A stretch of DNA of 64,000 nucleotides from Anaerolineae bacterium (GTDB lineage: Bacteria; Chloroflexota; Anaerolineae; Epilineales; JAHCIE01). Every line of letters starts with the position of its first letter. Positions within the stretch are counted from its first letter, which is position 1. The notes under the pieces were generated by a model. It saw only the letters and a program-made list of their open reading frames with translations, was not told where the DNA came from and made no database searches. Shown here one piece after another: positions 53,001-59,248 of this stretch. The stretch covers positions 138,947-202,946 of the forward strand of contig JAXLWK010000005.1 in the NCBI GenBank assembly GCA_046328525.1, read 5' to 3'. The position numbers were made by a program, and so were the translations under genes.

Positions 53001-54326
53001 AACGTATTGAGGTGACGAGGTGACGAGATGACGGGGTGAAGACCTCCCTCCAACTCCCCCCGTCCACGGGGGGAGGGCTGAATCACCGTCGGCGCCCCCC
53101 ATGGACGGGGGGATGGGGGGGTCTGAAGCGCGGGACGACACCGCGTCCCAAATCGCGACAACCGCCAGCAGGAGCGGCAGCAGCCCGGCGTACACCGCGC
53201 CCTCGACGTAGTTCTTGATGCCCCACGCCGTGTTGTCCACGACCGCCCCGGCGCGGTTGCGCCATTCGCCCACCCACGCGCCCTGGAAGATGTCGAAGTA
53301 ACCGTGGTGCGACGGGTTGCCGAAGATGTCCGGCATGAGAAAGGCGAGGATGTGGCGCGCGGGGAAGGCGTAGCCGCGCACCTCGGCCAGGCTCGCCGCC
53401 GCCTGGCGGAAGTTCTGGGTGACAAGCTCGAACAGCGGTAGAATCTGCACCGACGCCAGCCCCACGCCCAGCAGCGCCATCGCCCCCATCGCCCCCGCGC
53501 CCTGCGCCAGCGAGCGCGCCCGGTTCGGGCCGCGCTGGAGGAACGCCACGACCAGGCGGGCGGCGGCGTAGTACGCCGCGACGAGCAGGGTGTATAGGGC
53601 AATCTCCACGTGGCCGGCGAGGAACACGCAGCCGATGGCCCCGGCGCCCACGGCCAGCCACGCCGCCAGCCCGACCGTCAACCCGGCGCCCGACCGCGCC
53701 CGCTCGAAGACGCGCTCCAGCGCCAGGAGAATCAGGGGCAGCCACGCCATGCCGGCGAGAATCATCGGGTGGACGGGGTTGACCAAGAAGAGCTGGCTCA
53801 GGGCGAAGACGGCCATCGCCGCCGCCGACGGCGCCCACGCCAGGCGCAGCCCGCGCCGCGCGTAGGCGTAGGTGAACGCGCCGGCCAGCCATATCTGAAC
53901 GGCGGTGAACCAGCCGTAGGCCAGCCACAGCGGCAGGCCGTAGTAGATGACGCTTAGCGGGTACAGGCCGGAGCTTTGCCCAGCGGCCAGGAACGGGGCG
54001 CCGGCGAACAGGTACGGGTTCCACAGCGGCAGCTCGCGCGCGGCGATCTCCCGAGTGATGAACGATTTCCAGGTGTAGTTCTCCAGCAGCAGGTCCGTCA
54101 GCAGCGGGTTCTGGACGCCTGTCACGCCGTGCTCGGCAGCGAAGGCAGACCAGGGAGGGTTTTGATAGAGCGCGTCGAAGGGGACGAGGCTCCGCCCGCC
54201 GAGGGTGACGGGCCAGAACATCGCCAGGAGAAACACGGCGAGGAGGGCGAGGACGAGGCCATCGGGAATGAGCCAGCGGCGCGCGCGGTCTCGCCACGGG
54301 GATAGAGATGCCATAGCAGACGGCAT
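50019..54326 (-). CDS. fusion protein: YfhO-type GT-C glycosyltransferase (N-terminal ~930 aa) plus Wzx/MOP-type polysaccharide flippase (C-terminal ~500 aa)
   Basis: The N-terminal part has a YfhO-like topology and motifs ([24 protein letters not shown], extracytoplasmic domain with [25 protein letters not shown]). From about nt 51530 downward the flippase part begins ([39 protein letters not shown], 12-14 TM). There is no stop codon between the parts. The start is uncertain (ATG 54326 or 54314, or GTG 54344). Confidence 0.75.
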   Translation of the reverse strand: [1435 protein letters not shown]

Positions 54327-54368
54327 TATAGGCGCGCACGCCACGTTTCACAAAATGCTCGCGCCCGT

Positions 54369-54406
54369 CCCCCCTCTCCCCGTGTGGGAGAGGGATGGGG
54401 TGAGGG
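54369..54406. repeat. GGGAGAGG-type palindromic repeat
   Basis: cccccctctccccgtgtgggagagggatggggtgaggg, between the 923-aa gene and the YfhO-flippase gene. Confidence 0.75.
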
Positions 54407-54494
54407 ATAACAAGAAAGTGGGGGTAGGCTCGCGCCCACCCCCACGCCACACACTGTTGAGTTGTCGGTCAGCCGTCGGCCTCTGATCTGGCGA

Positions 54495-57266
54495 TCAGCG
54501 AGCCTCAGGCGCGCCGCCGAGAGGCAGCGGGCCAGGCGGGAAGATACCCCCGGCGACCGAGACCATGTACTTCTGGCCAGGGATCGTCGCCAGGATCGCC
54601 GGGATCACGCCGTCGGTGCTCGTGCCGTTGATGTCGCTGACGAACTTCAGCTCGTACACCAGGCACGGGTTCACGTTGGTGAACTTGAAGTAGCCTTCGG
54701 TGTTCGTGCGCGTCGCCTGCAGGAACGTGCCGGCCTGGTTCGCCACCGTCGGCGGCAGCCACAGCGCCACGTACTTGCCAGCGGACGGGTTCAGCGGAGC
54801 GCCAGTCCAGGCCGGGTCGCCGTTGGGCAGCTCGCCAGGGCCGACACCGACCGGAGCTGTGCCGGTGTGCTCGTAACCCTCGATCACGCCGGCCGGCGGG
54901 GCCAGATTGACCGTGTAGGGCAGCGGGGTCACGCCACCGGCAGCGCCGCTCTGGCACGGAACCAGGATAACGGTGTCAATGCCGGGGATCTTCGCGCTGT
55001 AGGGGCCCCAATGCGCCGTGTAGTAGCCGAGGAAGTTAACCGCCAGCGGCAGGTCGTGCATGAAGTCGCCGATGCGGATGCGGTAGCGGTGGCCGCTGAT
55101 GATGCCATCCGCGCCTAGACCCACGATGTTCGGGCCGGTCGCGGGCTTCACGACGAACGCGGTCTGGCCGTTGCCGAGCTCCACAGGCTCGATGCCGTTG
55201 GTCGGATGGCCGCCCGGGACCCAGAAGAGAACGGTGAGCGGGTTCTCTTCGTCCTGCACCAGGATGGACGGGCCGGTCCAGGTCTCACCGTCACCCCGCA
55301 CCACGTGAGGCTGGTACGGATCGCAGACGGTGATGAGGAGCGGCACCGGGGCGCAGGAGACCGGGACGCCGGGGCACTGCGGGATGTAGCCCTCGAAGTC
55401 GAAGCCCGGCGGGATCGGGAAGCCTTCGCTCGCGCCGGTGATGTCACCAGGCGGCACCGCGCCAGGCGCGACAGGCACCGAGCGCTCGACCTTGACCGCA
55501 GCCAGGCCGACCACGTTGCGCAGCAGGATCGGAATCTGCGGGTTCTGCGGCCCGAAGACCGGAATACCCGTGATCACGTCATGCTCCCAGTACACCGCGG
55601 AGATCACAGCGCTGCCGAGGAAGCCAGGCTGGATCCAGCCCCAGTTGTCCAGGTTGATGTACTCCACCTGCTTCTCGTTCAGCTTCTCGCACACGTAGTC
55701 CAGCAGACCGTTCTGGTCGTACACGTAGACCACGAAGTCCGTGAAGCCCGGCTTCGGCACCAGGTTCTGGATGGCGATGTCGGTCGTCAGGTTCAGCGGC
55801 TGGTTGCCGCGCTTGGCGAACGACGGGATGCCGATCACAGCCACGCCGCCCTGCAGACCACTGGCGTCCCCCTGGCCGATCTGCCAGTAGTAGCCCTGAT
55901 CCTCGGGGAACAGGTTGTACGCCGTCGCCTGCAGAATCTTGGTCGGGCTGCTGTACTGCAGCAACTCCGCCACCGCCGCGATCGGCACCGCGTTCACCGC
56001 CGGGTCGCCAGGCGACTCCCACGCCTGGCTCTCGACGCGCACCGCGCCGACGTAGTTGCCGGGCAGAGTGTTCACCAGCGCCAGCGGGAACTCCGTCTCA
56101 CCGCGCGGGCAGATCCAGTCCACCAACGTCGTGATGATGTCGCCGCTCTGATCAACGAAGTAGACCTTCACCTTCGCCGCCACGATGCTGCTCATGTTCT
56201 GCACGTGGATGACCGTCGCCCAGCCGTTGGTCTCACGGAAGATCAGCGGACCGTAAGCCACCTGCGACCCACCCCCCGCGTCCAGGCACTGGCCGTTGAA
56301 CACGTAGCACAGCTCAGCCGCGACGCCGGTGTAGCTCATCAGCACGTCCTGGCCGATCTGATCCACCACGATGCCCAAAGGCTGCGACGCGCGAATCCAC
56401 ACGCTGCCCGTGAAGCCCGTGCTCACGCAACCCGCCACGTTGAACTGCGCCGAGTAGCCCGGCGACACCTGGGCCACGGAGCAGATCTGCGCGCGGAGGC
56501 AGCTGTCCCGATCCTTGAACCACAGCTCGATGCTCGTGCACTCGGTGCCGCTGTTCTGGATGTAGAGCCAGCTGTTCCAGCCGTTGTAGCCCGAGTAGAC
56601 GACCGGCGCGTAGTACGCGAAGCCGCCGAACAGCGGGTCGTAGCGGCCTTCCTGCATCGCGCTGATGCCGCTATACGCATCCGACATGTAGTAGGATGGC
56701 GTCGCGTTGCCGGGAACCTTGCGGACAACTTCGATGGCAATCGGCTCCCCGTAGAACGGGTTCCAGTTGAAGGGGAACTGACCCGGCAGCGAGTTCACGC
56801 TCGGCCAGCCCTCAGGCCAGGTGAGCTTGTTGAGGGTGTTGGTCCAGTCCTCGCAGCGCCACCAGATGTTGCCCTGCTGCGGGAACGGGTTGTAGCTGAT
56901 GGCGATGGCGCTCTTGGCGCTCGACGGCAGCTGCGCGCTCGTCCACACCCAGCTCGTGCCCGGCTTGAGCAAGCCCGTGCACTCGATCTTGAACGGGTTC
57001 TGCGCCTGCGGCTGGCAGAAGCCAGAGTTCTCCGCAAACAGCAGAAGGGCGATCTTGGTCCAGGTCGAGCCGACGTTCTGCGCCTCGATGATCCAGTCCA
57101 AGCCCGCCTTCGTGTTGCCAATGTAACCGAGCACCGGCAGCTGGACATAGTTGCCGGGTGTCGGGCTGGCAGTGACCGTCGCGCTATTGTCCGCGAGCGC
57201 GACGCCTAGCGCGAGGCCCAATGCCAGGGCCAGCGCCAGAACGGCGATGACGAGTACTCGTCTCAT
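54495..57266 (-). CDS. large secreted protein (923 aa) with four copies of an unassigned beta-rich module and a C-terminal carboxypeptidase-regulatory-like domain
   Basis: Signal peptide and SD AAGGGAGG. A signature recurs four times: W-x-[ST]-x-[IL]-x-[IV]-QN ... hydrophobic-x-F/V-x-D ... G-[SA]-V-x-[IV] (WIIEAQNVGS, WLYIQNSGT, ATVIHVQNMS, TDIAIQNLVP). The C-terminus TNTEGYFKFTNVNPCLVYELKF is CarboxypepD_reg-like. Confidence 0.8.
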   Translation of the reverse strand: MRRVLVIAVLALALALGLALGVALADNSATVTASPTPGNYVQLPVLGYIGNTKAGLDWIIEAQNVGSTWTKIALLLFAENSGFCQPQAQNPFKIECTGLLKPGTSWVWTSAQLPSSAKSAIAISYNPFPQQGNIWWRCEDWTNTLNKLTWPEGWPSVNSLPGQFPFNWNPFYGEPIAIEVVRKVPGNATPSYYMSDAYSGISAMQEGRYDPLFGGFAYYAPVVYSGYNGWNSWLYIQNSGTECTSIELWFKDRDSCLRAQICSVAQVSPGYSAQFNVAGCVSTGFTGSVWIRASQPLGIVVDQIGQDVLMSYTGVAAELCYVFNGQCLDAGGGSQVAYGPLIFRETNGWATVIHVQNMSSIVAAKVKVYFVDQSGDIITTLVDWICPRGETEFPLALVNTLPGNYVGAVRVESQAWESPGDPAVNAVPIAAVAELLQYSSPTKILQATAYNLFPEDQGYYWQIGQGDASGLQGGVAVIGIPSFAKRGNQPLNLTTDIAIQNLVPKPGFTDFVVYVYDQNGLLDYVCEKLNEKQVEYINLDNWGWIQPGFLGSAVISAVYWEHDVITGIPVFGPQNPQIPILLRNVVGLAAVKVERSVPVAPGAVPPGDITGASEGFPIPPGFDFEGYIPQCPGVPVSCAPVPLLITVCDPYQPHVVRGDGETWTGPSILVQDEENPLTVLFWVPGGHPTNGIEPVELGNGQTAFVVKPATGPNIVGLGADGIISGHRYRIRIGDFMHDLPLAVNFLGYYTAHWGPYSAKIPGIDTVILVPCQSGAAGGVTPLPYTVNLAPPAGVIEGYEHTGTAPVGVGPGELPNGDPAWTGAPLNPSAGKYVALWLPPTVANQAGTFLQATRTNTEGYFKFTNVNPCLVYELKFVSDINGTSTDGVIPAILATIPGQKYMVSVAGGIFPPGPLPLGGAPEAR

Positions 57267-57502
57267 TGTGCCTAACCTCCCTTTGAAATACGGTCCGACG
57301 ACACCTGCGTCAAGACGAGCGGCCTCTCAGTTCCGCGCGTCTCGGTCATAGAAGAAGATTTCGACAGATAGCGCCTCCTTCTTCTAGCGACAGCACAAGG
57401 TCTCATTCACCTAGATAAAGAAACGCGCAGTCGGCTAAAAGGATATGGCTTGACCTTGCGAATTCTTAAAACACGCTTAACTGGTTCGTGGTCCCCGCCG
57501 CG

Positions 57503-57600
57503 GTAGCTCTACACGATGGCGTGGAGACCCCCCTCTGCTCCCCCCGCCGGCGGGGGGATGGGGGGTGAATTCGGCTCTTCCACGCTACGCTGTGGAGCTA
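57503..57600. repeat. 100-bp palindromic MITE-like element, copy 2 (inverted relative to 34861-34960)
   Basis: Its reverse complement aligns with copy 1 along the full length with few mismatches. It is flanked by a perfect 10-bp direct repeat CCCCGCCGCG (57493-57502 and 57601-57610). Confidence 0.85.
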
Positions 57601-57661
57601 CCCCCGCCGCGTTGCGTCCCCGCGCAAACGGCGGTATACTACAGGCCGCGCTTTACCTGTC

Positions 57662-58159
57662 ATGCCAGAGTGTCGTCTCAAGGAGATCACCTTGCTTGCC
57701 CTGGAATTTGTGTCGGCGATCGAGCGATTGAGCAGCAGCATCCTGGCCGAACTGGAGGCCGTCGCGCCTGAGGCCCTCAACTGGCGCCCGCCCTTCCCTG
57801 ACGCCAACTCGATGTATGTGTTGGCCGTCCACACCACCGGCGCCGCCGAGTGGTGGATCGTCGGCGCGGCCGCCGGCCAGCCGGTGCGGCGGGATCGGCC
57901 GGCCGAGTTCCGCTCCGGCGGCGACCTGGCGAGCGTGAAGGCGTGGTACACCGACAAGCTCGCGGCCATTCGCCAGGCAGCCGCGACCGTGTCCGACGCC
58001 GACCTGAGCGCGACGCGCAGCTACACCACCATGAGCGGACGCGCTGAGGAAAACACCGCCGCCTACTGCTTCCTGCACGCCATCGAGCACGCGGCCGAGC
58101 ATCTCGGCCACATTCAGATCACACGCCAGCTCTGGGAGCAGCAACAGCAAGGACAGTAA
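57662..58159 (+). CDS. DinB-family protein
   Basis: MYVLAVHTTGAAEWW ... CFLHAIEHAAEHLGHIQITRQL. Confidence 0.78.
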   Translation: MPECRLKEITLLALEFVSAIERLSSSILAELEAVAPEALNWRPPFPDANSMYVLAVHTTGAAEWWIVGAAAGQPVRRDRPAEFRSGGDLASVKAWYTDKLAAIRQAAATVSDADLSATRSYTTMSGRAEENTAAYCFLHAIEHAAEHLGHIQITRQLWEQQQQGQ

Positions 58160-58162
58160 GCC

Positions 58163-59203
58163 GTGCGCACCCCACCCCTGCCCCGCCTCGCCGTCATCGC
58201 CGCCGTCGCGCTCCTTGCCGTTTGCGCCGCCGCCGTTGTCTACGCGGACGCGCTCGCCGCCGGCGCTGGCTCCATCAGCGGCCGCGTGCGCCTCGAAGGC
58301 CGCAAGCGCCACGACGGTGTCTACGCGACGCTGGACGGCGGCTCCGTCCACGTCGAGACGGACGCCGACGGTCGCTTCACCTTCACCAACATCCCGTTCG
58401 GCACGCACGTCCTGCGCCTGGACATGCCCGGCTACCTGGCCGTCGAAGGCCAGTTCCAGACGGCCCAGCCGACAACCGTCCTGGGCGACCTGACGATGAC
58501 CGGCGGCGACGCCTACGGCGACCAGGTCATAGACATCTTCGACCTGACCCTGGTGGCCCGCGCCTACGACAGCCAGCCCCCCGCCGACCCCAAAGCCGAC
58601 CTGAACGCCGATGGGAGGGTGGACCTGCTCGACCTGGTGCTGGTAACGCAGAACTACGACAAGCGCGGGCCGACCGGCGGCCAGGCCAAAACCCTGACCC
58701 TCCTGCCGCCGTCGTTGAGCAAGGTGCAGCGGGAGCGCTCGGTTCAGATCGCCCGCGAGCCGGGGCCGAATGACCCTGCGGCCCAGTGGACGCTCAGCCC
58801 CTCCAAGAGCAGCTACGCCGTCGGCGACGTCGTCACCGCCACGTTGACGCTCAGCAATGCAGCCGGCGTGTACGGCGCCGAGGTGCGCCAGGCGTACAAC
58901 CCGAAGCAGCTGCGCCCGACCACCGCCAACCCTCTGCCGGCCAGGAACGAGCCGGGGGCGCTGTTCGCCCAGGATACGCTGACGCCGCGCAACACCGCCG
59001 CCGACGGCGCGATCTTTGTCCAGGCGGCGCAAGTCGGCGAGGCCGCGCGCCCGGCCGACGGTATCCTGGCCCAGGTCGCTTTCCAGGTCATCGGCTGCGG
59101 CGCGACGACGTTCGACGCCAGGGGAGTGCGGCTGACGGACGGCAAGGGCGGCGCGCTTCCGTTCAACGCCGGCCCGCCACTGACACTGCCCTCGTGCAAG
59201 TAA
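58163..59203 (+). CDS. secreted protein with carboxypeptidase-regulatory-like, dockerin-like and cohesin-like modules
   Basis: Signal peptide. GRVRLEG...TDADGRFTFTNIPFGTHVLRL. Dockerin-type duplicated Ca-binding segments (GDAYGDQVIDIFDLTLVARAY, DLNADGRVDLLDLVLVTQNY). A C-terminal cohesin-like beta domain (VTATLTLSNAAGVYGAEVRQAYNP...GILAQVAFQVIG). GTG start lies 4 nt after the DinB stop. Confidence 0.7.
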   Translation: MRTPPLPRLAVIAAVALLAVCAAAVVYADALAAGAGSISGRVRLEGRKRHDGVYATLDGGSVHVETDADGRFTFTNIPFGTHVLRLDMPGYLAVEGQFQTAQPTTVLGDLTMTGGDAYGDQVIDIFDLTLVARAYDSQPPADPKADLNADGRVDLLDLVLVTQNYDKRGPTGGQAKTLTLLPPSLSKVQRERSVQIAREPGPNDPAAQWTLSPSKSSYAVGDVVTATLTLSNAAGVYGAEVRQAYNPKQLRPTTANPLPARNEPGALFAQDTLTPRNTAADGAIFVQAAQVGEAARPADGILAQVAFQVIGCGATTFDARGVRLTDGKGGALPFNAGPPLTLPSCK

Positions 59204-59205
59204 AC

Positions 59206-59234
59206 GTAGGGGCGGGTTTGAAACCCGCCCCTAC
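59206..59234. repeat. 29-bp perfect palindrome GTAGGGGCGGGTTTGAAACCCGCCCCTAC
   Basis: Identical to 11087-11115. It lies between convergent genes and is a bidirectional terminator candidate. Confidence 0.85.
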
Positions 59235-59248
59235 AGGATGCCCGTGTC

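Noticed and set aside
55206-57209. 667-aa ORF on the plus strand
   Set aside because: It is antisense to the 923-aa secreted repeat protein, which has a signal peptide, an SD and an internally consistent repeat structure. The composition is a high-GC artefact.
57653-59032. 459-aa ORF on the minus strand
   Set aside because: It is antisense to the DinB-family and dockerin/cohesin genes. It has no motifs and an Arg/Gly/Asp-rich composition.
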